Source: a virus. Taken from it: a stretch of 64,000 bases of DNA. A model generated the notes under the pieces. It was given only the letters and a program-made list of their open reading frames with translations. It was not told where the DNA came from and did no database searches. The translations under genes and the position numbers were made by a program. Below, one piece after another: positions 9,681 to 18,289 of the stretch; within the stretch, counting starts at the first letter, position 1; each line of letters begins with the position of its first letter. The stretch covers positions 38,229 through 102,228 of the IMG/VR virus record IMGVR_UViG_3300002835_000070. One strand, 5' to 3'.

Positions 9681-10301
9681 ATGGCTCTAATATACGAAAA
9701 TAAAGTTCCTGCTTCATACAGGATACCTTTTGTTAACAAGGTAAACGAAATTGCACCAAGAATAGGGGTTGACCCTAATTGGTTAATGGCAATTATGTAC
9801 TTTGAGAGCGCAGGTGGTTTTAGCCCGTCTATTACAAATTCATTAGGGTATGTAGGCTTAATTCAATTTGGAGCATCGGCAAGAAAAACTTTAGGTGTTA
9901 CAAAAGAGCAACTAAAGGCAATGACCGCAGTAGAGCAATTAGATTACGTTGAAAAATATTTTAATTTATATAAGGGTAAATACAAAACTTATATAGACAC
10001 ATATTTTGCAGTATTTTTTCCTTTAGCAATTGGAAAGCCCGATGATTGGGTAATTCAAGGCGGAGGTCTTACGGCAAAACAAATTTACGATGCGAACCCC
10101 GCTTTCCGAAATGTAAAAGACGGAAAATTGAGAGTTTGGGAAGTTAAAAAAACAATGTTAGAAAAACTGCCGAGCCAATGGCTACAAGACGGAAGTTTTA
10201 GTTTGGCAGTTAAAGCATACAAGAATTATATTGCAGTTGGTATATTATCAATATTGGCAGGATTAACATTATATTATTATGGTAGAAGCAGTACAAAATA
10301 G
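9681..10301 (+). CDS. Lysozyme-like/transglycosylase with C-terminal membrane anchor
   Basis: WLMAIMYFES...GLIQF...EQLDYV; hydrophobic C-terminus. Confidence 0.75.
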   Translation: MALIYENKVPASYRIPFVNKVNEIAPRIGVDPNWLMAIMYFESAGGFSPSITNSLGYVGLIQFGASARKTLGVTKEQLKAMTAVEQLDYVEKYFNLYKGKYKTYIDTYFAVFFPLAIGKPDDWVIQGGGLTAKQIYDANPAFRNVKDGKLRVWEVKKTMLEKLPSQWLQDGSFSLAVKAYKNYIAVGILSILAGLTLYYYGRSSTK

Positions 10302-10473
10302 TCAGACGGGAACACCAAATGAAGAAATGGATAAGACGATAAAAAAAGACGTAAATGCTCAAATACATCAGCATTTATCTACAATTTTTGTTGTAGTAGG
10401 CATTATATCTTTTACATTGGGTGCAATTGTAAATTGGTACACAATTCAAAGAATTAAAGGCGGAAAAATATAA
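10279..10473 (+). CDS. Small membrane protein
   Basis: One hydrophobic helix; overlaps both neighbours. Confidence 0.7.
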   Translation: MVEAVQNSQTGTPNEEMDKTIKKDVNAQIHQHLSTIFVVVGIISFTLGAIVNWYTIQRIKGGKI

Positions 10474-10901
10474 TGAAAATATTTGGACAAGTTTTAGATA
10501 CAAATGATGAACCAATGGCATTGGCGAATATTACTATTGTTACAGGCGTAAATGCTAATACTATGGGTACTCACGGTGATTTAGATGGTAATTTTGTTTT
10601 AGAAAGTCCTAATATTGAAAGCGATTCCCGATTTAAGGTTTCTTATGTAGGATATGTATCTCAATTTTTCAATACAAATGAATTACAAGGTAAAAAAGTA
10701 AAATTAAAAGACGATGTGGAAGAATTGCAAGAAGTTGTAATTACGGCAGGTTCAAAACCGTCTAATTCTTCTACTAAAACTAATGTAGTACAATCGAGTA
10801 AAAAAAAGTTTGTTCAGCACTTACAAGACCATAAATTCGTTTATGCGGGATTAGGAGGATTGGCAGGAATAATATTAATTGCGAGAGCATTTAAAAGATA
10901 A
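10473..10901 (+). CDS. CarboxypepD_reg-like (SusC N-terminal extension) domain with C-terminal anchor
   Basis: GQVLD..EPM..ANI...DLDGNF...SYVGY...LQEVVITAG. Confidence 0.8.
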   Translation: MKIFGQVLDTNDEPMALANITIVTGVNANTMGTHGDLDGNFVLESPNIESDSRFKVSYVGYVSQFFNTNELQGKKVKLKDDVEELQEVVITAGSKPSNSSTKTNVVQSSKKKFVQHLQDHKFVYAGLGGLAGIILIARAFKR

Positions 10902-10912
10902 AAAATAAGATT

Positions 10913-11347
10913 ATGGCAAAATATAAATTGTTAATAGATATTGTAACGTATAATTATGGAGGCGGAAACCCACCAAAAGTAATTTCGGAAAAATTTGTAA
11001 TTCCAAAAGGAACAATTGTTGATATTACACCGCAACCGTATTCAGGAACAACTAATTTTTCTTATATTGTAGATACAAAATACGGAAAAACAAATCAAAA
11101 TAATTTTGATAACGGAAGTAAAGACGAACCATCAATCACGATTGAAAAAGTTTCTGAAAACACCCCCGTTACTTTAGATGCGAAAATAATTCCTAAAAAC
11201 GTATCTTCAAATCAATCTATGCAAAATATTAGTTCAGGTATCACAAATGTTGTTCCTGAAACATTTTTACAAAAACACAAAAACCATTTACTAATTGTTG
11301 GAGCATTAGTTATTGGATATTTCGCATATAAAAAAATAAATAATTAA
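10913..11347 (+). CDS. C-anchored protein, 'FLQKHKNHLLI' family
   Basis: C-terminal cassette shared with 12086 and 12401. Confidence 0.8.
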   Translation: MAKYKLLIDIVTYNYGGGNPPKVISEKFVIPKGTIVDITPQPYSGTTNFSYIVDTKYGKTNQNNFDNGSKDEPSITIEKVSENTPVTLDAKIIPKNVSSNQSMQNISSGITNVVPETFLQKHKNHLLIVGALVIGYFAYKKINN

Positions 11348-11371
11348 ATAAATAAATAAAAATTAAAAGTT

Positions 11372-11809
11372 ATGGAAACTAAAAAAATATTATTGATAGG
11401 TGGTGGAGTAGTAGTTGCTTATTTACTTTACAAAGGATATACTGATAAAAAAGCAAAAGATTTAATTGCTTCTGACTTATTAGCAACAAAAACCGCAGAT
11501 TGCGAAGCTAAATTTTTAGAAAATGAAAAAACAGTTAGAAGAAGTGCAGGTTTTGATATGGTTGCTTATAAAACGCAATTTATGAAAGACTGTTTAAATG
11601 CTACACCTGAAACAGGCGGGGCAGAAATACCTCTTGGAACAGGTGGAATTAAAACACCACAAGAAAACCCAATTAAAGGCAATATAATGCCTTTAAAGAG
11701 CAATACAATGACTCTTGACGACAATATTATAAGAGGTCAATTAGAACAAGCAGAATTAAGTTTTGCAGGGACTAAAGGAAAATCTTTAGCGGGACAATAT
11801 TATAGATAA
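11372..11809 (+). CDS. N-anchored membrane protein with Cys-pair helical hairpin
   Basis: TM, then DCEAKF...FMKDCL. Confidence 0.75.
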   Translation: METKKILLIGGGVVVAYLLYKGYTDKKAKDLIASDLLATKTADCEAKFLENEKTVRRSAGFDMVAYKTQFMKDCLNATPETGGAEIPLGTGGIKTPQENPIKGNIMPLKSNTMTLDDNIIRGQLEQAELSFAGTKGKSLAGQYYR

Positions 11810-11813
11810 AAAA

Positions 11814-12068
11814 ATGGAAAATAAAAATTTATTGCTAATTGGCGGTGGTCTGCTAATAGCTTATTTAGTTTTTAACAATTTAAAAGCAAATAAAAGAGCA
11901 AATGATTTAGAAACGATGGTTGCTTCTATGAATCAAGCAACACAGGAAAATAATATTCAATTAAGCAATGTAGGTCAATTAGCTTCTGAAGTTGTTGAAA
12001 CTCCTGCTCCTGAACAACCGCAACAAAGAGTTAGGCTGAATGAAATGCCTTTGTCAACTCGTTATTAA
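11814..12068 (+). CDS. N-anchored small membrane protein
   Basis: LLLIGGGLLIAYLVF. Confidence 0.75.
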   Translation: MENKNLLLIGGGLLIAYLVFNNLKANKRANDLETMVASMNQATQENNIQLSNVGQLASEVVETPAPEQPQQRVRLNEMPLSTRY

Positions 12069-12085
12069 AAATTAATAAAAAAGTT

Positions 12086-12394
12086 ATGGCAAAATATACA
12101 TTTGTAAAAGATTATAGTTACACAGTTTACGGAATTGGAAGACAAGATAACACCATAAAAAAAGGACAATCATTTGACGGTATTGAAACGGCAAACGGAA
12201 TTGTTATTTCTCCAAATGGAAGTGACTTATCTAACTATCAAAAAGAGGTTTTGTATCCTGATATGCCATCGTCATACTTGGAAGTACCTAAAGAGTATTT
12301 AACTCAATCGTTCTTTCAGCAACACAAAAACCATTTACTAATTTTAGGAGGATTGGTATTAGGATATTTAGCATTTAAAAAATTTAATAAATAA
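12086..12394 (+). CDS. C-anchored protein, 'FLQKHKNHLLI' family
   Basis: Shared C-terminal cassette. Confidence 0.8.
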   Translation: MAKYTFVKDYSYTVYGIGRQDNTIKKGQSFDGIETANGIVISPNGSDLSNYQKEVLYPDMPSSYLEVPKEYLTQSFFQQHKNHLLILGGLVLGYLAFKKFNK

Positions 12395-12400
12395 AAAGTT

Positions 12401-13135
12401 ATGAATATTGCAAAACTATCATTAAGTACAAGAATGGCGATAAGTAATAATTTCGGATTTCCAAAAGGGGAAAACGGAAATATTGGTGCTTTTGTTAAGG
12501 TAAGTAAAAATATAGACAAAGAATTAAAAGATTTAGGGGCTTCTATTCAAGGTTTAATGCAGGGTCAAACAACAGGAGAACTTTTTACAATTCGATTCCC
12601 GATTAATTCACTTGATAAAATATCAGAAATTGACGGTCTTATTTATCTTGATATTGGAGAAAAAGCAAATATGAATATTGACAGTCCTAAAAAACAAGCA
12701 AATTATAATTTATTAAATGAGCAATATCAAGATGCAATAAATCAGCAAAAGGCTTTAAATAATAAAAGTAATTCAGTTTCAAAATATATTTTTAAAGAAG
12801 ATTACGAGGCTATTGGAACAAATATAATTGACAATAATCTAACAGACCAACGCTCACAAAAATTAAAACATCAATTTAAAAAAGGAGATGTTTTTGAGGG
12901 AAATAAAATAGCAATTGGTGGTGGAGCAGACCCTAATTTTGTTCAATATGGTATAGAAATAATCACTCCGAATAATTATTTAGAAGACGGAAGATTCGTG
13001 ATGTATAATGGAGTATTTCAAGTTCCTGAAATAGTAGTGAGCGAACAAACATTTTTACAAAAACACAAAAACCATTTACTAATTTTAGGAGGATTGGTAT
13101 TAGGATATTTAGCATTTAAAAAATTTAATAAATAA
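12401..13135 (+). CDS. C-anchored protein, 'FLQKHKNHLLI' family; N-terminus resembles an S8 peptidase propeptide
   Basis: LKDLGASI...FTIRFPINSLDKISEIDGLIYLD; anchor DNA identical to that of 12086. Confidence 0.7.
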   Translation: MNIAKLSLSTRMAISNNFGFPKGENGNIGAFVKVSKNIDKELKDLGASIQGLMQGQTTGELFTIRFPINSLDKISEIDGLIYLDIGEKANMNIDSPKKQANYNLLNEQYQDAINQQKALNNKSNSVSKYIFKEDYEAIGTNIIDNNLTDQRSQKLKHQFKKGDVFEGNKIAIGGGADPNFVQYGIEIITPNNYLEDGRFVMYNGVFQVPEIVVSEQTFLQKHKNHLLILGGLVLGYLAFKKFNK

Positions 13136-13140
13136 AAGTT

Positions 13141-13461
13141 ATGGAAACAGAAGTATCAGTAGCCCCCGTAGCACCTGTACAAACAGTAGCACCTATTCAA
13201 ACGTTAGCGCCATCGTCAGGTGGTGGCGATGACGTATTTGAAAATATGAGTTCACAAAAGCCAATGGATTTAAAAAGTTTACTTATATTTGGTCTTTTAA
13301 TCGCATTTTCAATATACGGAATAACGTATTACAGAAAAGCGATTTCTAAATTGAACGAGGATAAGAAGCCAAACGATGACTTTTTGAATTTAGTAGATGA
13401 CGTAGAAGAAGTAAAATACAATGTTAAAAAAGCATTGGGTCAGAAATATTCAACGACTTAA
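13141..13461 (+). CDS. Single-pass membrane protein
   Basis: Central hydrophobic helix. Confidence 0.75.
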   Translation: METEVSVAPVAPVQTVAPIQTLAPSSGGGDDVFENMSSQKPMDLKSLLIFGLLIAFSIYGITYYRKAISKLNEDKKPNDDFLNLVDDVEEVKYNVKKALGQKYSTT

Positions 13462-13470
13462 TAATAGTTT

Positions 13471-13674
13471 ATGTCAGCAGTAGCAAAAAACGATAATTCA
13501 GCAGTTTTATTAGTAATACCTTTAGGTTTTGCTATTTACTCATATACTCAAAAGTACAGTTTTGGAAAAGGTGCTTTAGTAACTGTTTTAGGAACTTTAG
13601 CAGTAGGCGTTGCGGTTGGGATTTATTCCGTAGCTTCGTTAACTTCTAAATTAGTTGATAAAAGTTATAATTAA
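13471..13674 (+). CDS. Two-TM small protein; paralogue of the C-terminus of 31867
   Basis: IPLGFAIYSYTQKYSFGKG versus VPLGLAYFSYYQKYSLTKG. Confidence 0.75.
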   Translation: MSAVAKNDNSAVLLVIPLGFAIYSYTQKYSFGKGALVTVLGTLAVGVAVGIYSVASLTSKLVDKSYN

Positions 13675-13708
13675 AAAAGATTAAGCCAAGTATAACAACA
13701 AAAAAACA

Positions 13709-13891
13709 ATGGAAAAGAGTAAAGGTTTAGGCGATACCATTGAAAAAATTACTAAATTTACAGGAATTAAAGCCGTTGTAGATGCAGTAGTTGAAGACTG
13801 TGGTTGCGAAGCAAGAAAAGATTGGTTAAATGGCATAGTGCCTTATGACGGAAAAAACGTTCAAAGAATATTAAAGTTTTTTAAAAAATAA
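13709..13891 (+). CDS. Small phage protein (GLGDTIEK...CGC)
   Basis: SKGLGDTIEKITKFTGIK...DCGCEARKDWLN. Confidence 0.7.
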   Translation: MEKSKGLGDTIEKITKFTGIKAVVDAVVEDCGCEARKDWLNGIVPYDGKNVQRILKFFKK

Positions 13892-13925
13892 AAATCAATT
13901 ATAAATTAAATAAAAAAAAGAAATT

Positions 13926-14063
13926 ATGGCAAAAGCGGTAAACGGGTATTTCAAAGCAATGTTGGAAGCCAAAAAGAGTAATTCAGCATCTTTCGAGTAC
14001 AATGGTAAAACTTATGTAGCTTCAAAGACAAAAACAGGTTTAACTGTTTATAAAGCAAAATAA
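13926..14063 (+). CDS. 45-aa basic protein (not in ORF track)
   Basis: MAKAVNGYFKAMLEAKKSNSASFEYNGKTYVASKTKTGLTVYKAK; A-rich leader; fills the gap exactly. Confidence 0.7.
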   Translation: MAKAVNGYFKAMLEAKKSNSASFEYNGKTYVASKTKTGLTVYKAK

Positions 14064-14065
14064 TC

Positions 14066-14329
14066 GTGAATACGAGAGATTTTCTTTTAGTAGGCACGGG
14101 TTTAGTTGTCGGGTTCTTTGTAAAAAGAACTTTAGACAACAGAAATGCACTTGCTTTGGCGGATAGAGTTGATTCGCTTCCTGATGATACAAACTATGTA
14201 TTTTCTCAAAAGTACAAAGATTGTGAGGCAATTGTAAGTCAAGATATGGCTCAATCAAGATACGCAGGAAATGTTGATTTAGTTGCTATGAAAAAATCTT
14301 TAATTGACGACTGTATGAAAGCAGTATAA
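14066..14329 (+). CDS. N-anchored protein (MNTRD family)
   Basis: Paralogue of 14341; Cys pair. Confidence 0.75.
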   Translation: MNTRDFLLVGTGLVVGFFVKRTLDNRNALALADRVDSLPDDTNYVFSQKYKDCEAIVSQDMAQSRYAGNVDLVAMKKSLIDDCMKAV

Positions 14330-14340
14330 AAATAAAAATT

Positions 14341-14655
14341 ATGAACACGAGAGATATAGTTTTATTTGGTGTAGGGGCATTTGCAGGATACCTATTGGTA
14401 GGCTATTTGAATAAAAACAAAGTAGCTTCAGGAGCAACCGATACAATGGGTTTACCTGATACCTCTTCTCAAACAGTACCGCCTGAAACAATAGGTTCTA
14501 CTGATTCAAATGGCGGAGAAACATTAGTTGACCCAAGATTGACTTTATGCGAGGAAAATTGGGGTAAATTTTCATCTACACAAAGATTTGGTTCAGCAGA
14601 ACAAGCACAATCAGTACACGATAATTTTATTACAAGTTGTTTAGCTAAAGGATAA
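14341..14655 (+). CDS. N-anchored protein (MNTRD family)
   Basis: Paralogue of 14066; Cys pair. Confidence 0.75.
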   Translation: MNTRDIVLFGVGAFAGYLLVGYLNKNKVASGATDTMGLPDTSSQTVPPETIGSTDSNGGETLVDPRLTLCEENWGKFSSTQRFGSAEQAQSVHDNFITSCLAKG

Positions 14656-14667
14656 TAAATTGTAACT

Positions 14668-15315
14668 ATGGAATTTAACGATTTAACATACGGAAATCCA
14701 ACTGTTGAGGATTTAGTTTACATTCAGGGAAATGGATTGACAGACGACCTTTTTGAAACATTAAAGTCCAAGTTGTCATATCCAAAAAATGATTCTGAAT
14801 TAGTTAAGGACGAACTTAACGAAATTGTAGATGCTTTGGCAACAATGGCTCAACCTGAAAATCAAAACTATTTAAAAAGATACAAGTCTTACGATAGGAA
14901 TTTAATTCAGTCGCTTTCAGCAATATTTAAACAAAGAAATATTGATGTTGAACAATTGTGTAAAGACGTAGTTATGGATATGCAAAATTTGATTTATAAA
15001 TTAAAATTTTACTATCAAAGACCACGACCAAAGCAAATTGCGCAATATTACAAGTTGAAATTATTTCCATACAAAAGTTTTTCAGCACACACGCCATCGT
15101 TCCCTTGCGGACATTGCGTACAAGCAATTGTAATGCTTAACGTAATAGGAAATAAAAACCCTACTGAATATCCGTTCTGTAAAGAACTAATTGAAGATAT
15201 TGCATACAGTAGAGTATATTTAGGACATCATTTTCCAAGCGATAATGACGGAGCAAGAGAAATTGGTAAAGCGATTTTAAAACACCCTGAATTTGCGAAA
15301 AAATACGGCATATAA
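14668..15315 (+). CDS. PAP2/haloperoxidase-superfamily phosphatase
   Basis: KFYYQRPRP, PSFPCGH and SRVYLGHHFPSD are the three PAP2 motifs. Confidence 0.9.
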   Translation: MEFNDLTYGNPTVEDLVYIQGNGLTDDLFETLKSKLSYPKNDSELVKDELNEIVDALATMAQPENQNYLKRYKSYDRNLIQSLSAIFKQRNIDVEQLCKDVVMDMQNLIYKLKFYYQRPRPKQIAQYYKLKLFPYKSFSAHTPSFPCGHCVQAIVMLNVIGNKNPTEYPFCKELIEDIAYSRVYLGHHFPSDNDGAREIGKAILKHPEFAKKYGI

Positions 15316-15363
15316 ATTTATTTGTACGCCTTAATAAAAACCAAGACTAAACTAACAACAATT

Positions 15364-15750
15364 ATGAAACACGAGGAATATGAACTACAAAAATCAGTAG
15401 CCCGTTATTTATCTTACCAATATCCAGATGTTGAATATATGTCGGATACTATTGCCTCTGTAAAACTTACCGAAAGACAGGCAGGGCGAAACAAACTTGT
15501 TCAAAAGAACAATTTTAAATGTCCTGATATTTTGATATTTGAGCCACGCAATAACTTTTGTGGCTTGTTTATAGAACTTAAAATTGAAACCCCTTTCAAG
15601 AAAGACGGTACAATTAAGGCTTCTCAAAAAGACCATTTGAAACTACAACACGAATGTTTACTTAAACTAACCTCAAAAGGTTATAAGGCGGTATTTTCTT
15701 GGAATTTTGATATGACAAAGCAAATTATTGACGAATACTTAAATCAATAG
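15364..15750 (+). CDS. VRR-NUC-like PD-(D/E)xK nuclease
   Basis: EYELQ...CPDILI...GLFIELK...Q; likely start MKHEE at 15364. Confidence 0.8.
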   Translation: MKHEEYELQKSVARYLSYQYPDVEYMSDTIASVKLTERQAGRNKLVQKNNFKCPDILIFEPRNNFCGLFIELKIETPFKKDGTIKASQKDHLKLQHECLLKLTSKGYKAVFSWNFDMTKQIIDEYLNQ

Positions 15751-15752
15751 CT

Positions 15753-16184
15753 ATGACTCAAGAAACTAACGATGTATCAAAGGTATTAAAGGAGTTGGAT
15801 AAAACCATTCAGGTAATAGGAACAGAAAAGCTAATTGAGATTCTAAAATACTCACGGCTTAATATGGCAAACATAAACGAGGAACAAATTAACAGGTCTT
15901 TAGAAATAATTAAAGTTGTTTGTGATGAATTTAATATTTCATTAGTTGAGTTCTTCGACAGAAAGCGTAAAACCAATAGAAGAACTGCAATAGGCATTTG
16001 CGCCTATCTAATTCAAAAAGAATTAAATCTTGACAATTCAAACATATCATACATTTTGAAAAAACCTGACGAAGTAATATCTTTGTACAAACAAGAAATA
16101 ATCAGATTGAACTCAAACCATCCTCAAGACATACAGGTATTGGAAAAAATAAAAATAATAAGTGAAACTATAAAATTACAATAA
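15753..16184 (+). CDS. Protein with DnaA domain-IV-like helical DNA-binding fold
   Basis: IIKVVCDEFNIS...KRK..RR...CAYL. Confidence 0.55.
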   Translation: MTQETNDVSKVLKELDKTIQVIGTEKLIEILKYSRLNMANINEEQINRSLEIIKVVCDEFNISLVEFFDRKRKTNRRTAIGICAYLIQKELNLDNSNISYILKKPDEVISLYKQEIIRLNSNHPQDIQVLEKIKIISETIKLQ

Positions 16185-16187
16185 AAA

Positions 16188-17330
16188 ATGAGCAACCAAG
16201 AAAAACAAATAGAAGAAGTTTATGCAGAAGTAGTGCAAACAATTGATGATGATTTCTCTCCGTTAGATGCCCCCGTAAAACAGAGGGCATATACACAACA
16301 CAAATTAGACGACAGTCAAGTAATGCAGGATTTGGAAGAACCAAGTTTTGAAAGACCAAGTTTTGCAGACCTTGATGGAAGTGCCGAAGAGGAATCATCA
16401 GAACCTGAAAGACCTTTTAACCCGTCTTATAATGAATTAGACGGTAAAGAAAAGACAATGGGGGCTGAAATGATGGCTGAAATGACTTTGGACATTTACG
16501 AAAAGGGTTGTTTCTATATGGGTAAAATACCCGAAATCAGTGAGCAAAAATTAGATAAGTTAATTGCAGAGGGGGAAATAGACCCGTCAATCCAACTTCA
16601 AACAGAAGCGGGTTCAATGCCTATTAAAGATTTTGCAGTAGAGTTCAACGACAGTATTAAAGATGCTTTTGCGGTAACTGACGAATTTAAAGAAAAAGTA
16701 AAACCACCATTAATCCGTGTTTTCAAAAAACGTGGAATTGGAATGACCGATGAGCAATTATTGGCTTACTACTTTATTTCAGATTTAGGAGCAAAAGGCG
16801 CACAAGCGTTTATGTTGCGTAAAACGGCTAATAGCATTTTGGATTCTTTGAGAGAAAACACTTTGGCAATTAGAGAAAATCAATTAAGAACAGAAAGACC
16901 AACTCCTCCACCTGCGCCACAACAATCGTATCAGGAAAGAACTGATTGGGATACTTCGTCAAAACCGAGAAACGTAAATACTACCGATTCCGAACCAATA
17001 GATAGAGAGGACTTTGACTATTCCGAAAACATAGCAGAAGTTATACAAAAACCTGTTAAGAAAGAAAAACTTGAAAAACCTGTAAGAAGAAAGCCTCAAA
17101 CTAATTTAGAAGAGCAATTAGCTTATTTTGAGCCTGAAGAACAAGAAGTTTTTAGTAACTTAAAAGATAAAGACGGTTTTACAGATAGATTTCAAGACGT
17201 AGCAGGTATGCCTCAATATGGCGACCCTGTAATGATGTCAGAATTAGAGAAGTTGAGTAAGAAAGACCCAACTAAACCTGTTAGAAAAGTAAGAACAACT
17301 GCTTTAAGAAAACCAAGAAATAAAAAATAA
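16188..17330 (+). CDS. Acidic protein with disordered C-half; unknown function, upstream of the ATPase
   Basis: 380-aa ORF; composition only. Confidence 0.75.
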   Translation: MSNQEKQIEEVYAEVVQTIDDDFSPLDAPVKQRAYTQHKLDDSQVMQDLEEPSFERPSFADLDGSAEEESSEPERPFNPSYNELDGKEKTMGAEMMAEMTLDIYEKGCFYMGKIPEISEQKLDKLIAEGEIDPSIQLQTEAGSMPIKDFAVEFNDSIKDAFAVTDEFKEKVKPPLIRVFKKRGIGMTDEQLLAYYFISDLGAKGAQAFMLRKTANSILDSLRENTLAIRENQLRTERPTPPPAPQQSYQERTDWDTSSKPRNVNTTDSEPIDREDFDYSENIAEVIQKPVKKEKLEKPVRRKPQTNLEEQLAYFEPEEQEVFSNLKDKDGFTDRFQDVAGMPQYGDPVMMSELEKLSKKDPTKPVRKVRTTALRKPRNKK

Positions 17331-17332
17331 TT

Positions 17333-17449
17333 ATGGCAAGTAATATAGCGAATAATAAAAACAACAATAACAATCCTATATGGGTTGTTATGTTGTTATT
17401 CGTAATTTGGCTTATATTAATTTTTTTAAGACTTAAACAAACTTTATAA
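17333..17449 (+). CDS. 38-aa membrane protein immediately before the ATPase (not in ORF track)
   Basis: MASNIANNKNNNNNPIWVVMLLFVIWLILIFLRLKQTL. Confidence 0.65.
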   Translation: MASNIANNKNNNNNPIWVVMLLFVIWLILIFLRLKQTL

Positions 17450-17450
17450 T

Positions 17451-18275
17451 ATGGAAGAAAGAGAACCGAAATTATTAGTTGCAGTTGGACGTAAAGGGTG
17501 CGGTAAAACTTTTTCAACAAGAAAAATGCTTACAAGTTATGTTCAAGGCAATATTTCAAAAGGTATTGCCCCAAGAAGAGTTTTAATATTTGATGTAAAT
17601 GATGAGTTTGAGGACATAAAAGCATTGGCTTTAAAAGATGTGGCTTTATTTTCTATGCACCCAAAAATAGAGATAAGAAGAATTAGACCATTCAACAAGG
17701 ACGGAAGACCTATGGGTATTAATGAAATGCAAGAAACATTATTTAAAATAGTTAATAATTTTAGAGGAGGAATGCTTTTGTTAGAGGATTTAAACGGTTA
17801 CGTTGGGGATTATATCCCACAGGATTTAATAGGTAAAATAGTAAGAGCAAGACACGCAGATTTGGACATAATTACGCATTTTCAATCAATAGGAAGAATA
17901 TCGCCTAAAATTTGGCAGAACGTCAACGCTATTCGTTTTCACAAAAATACAGATTCAGTTTTAAAACATTCCAAGAAATTTGATAATTTTTCAGAAATGT
18001 TTTTATTAGTGGAGGCTTATGTAAATTCCGAGTATCATTTAGGAAATGAAAGAATACAAGTTTGGGTTGATACAGAAAACGAAAAAATTAAAATACCAAA
18101 AGAAAATATAGCTAAATTTGAAAAAATTGTAGAATTGTACTTAATGGAAAACCATAAAAGAATACTTTCCCCTTTATTAAATAAAAATATTTTCTTTAAA
18201 AATAATAAACCATTAACAATGCAAGAAGTTTTAAAAATAAAAAAAGCAGAAATGTTAAAATATTATTTAGATTAA
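17451..18275 (+). CDS. A32/P9-like (FtsK-HerA superfamily) genome-packaging ATPase
   Basis: N-terminal Walker A GRKGCGKT, VLIFD, Walker B MLLLED, then RARHADLDIITHFQ (RH plus Q sensor); 274 aa with no nuclease domain. Confidence 0.75.
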   Translation: MEEREPKLLVAVGRKGCGKTFSTRKMLTSYVQGNISKGIAPRRVLIFDVNDEFEDIKALALKDVALFSMHPKIEIRRIRPFNKDGRPMGINEMQETLFKIVNNFRGGMLLLEDLNGYVGDYIPQDLIGKIVRARHADLDIITHFQSIGRISPKIWQNVNAIRFHKNTDSVLKHSKKFDNFSEMFLLVEAYVNSEYHLGNERIQVWVDTENEKIKIPKENIAKFEKIVELYLMENHKRILSPLLNKNIFFKNNKPLTMQEVLKIKKAEMLKYYLD

Positions 18276-18289
18276 AAATAAATATTTTT

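Noticed and set aside
17451-18275. ATPase as terminase large subunit or Zot-like filamentous-phage ATPase
   Set aside because: No terminase nuclease domain or Walker spacing; no C-terminal TM as in Zot; and the element is far too large for an inovirus.
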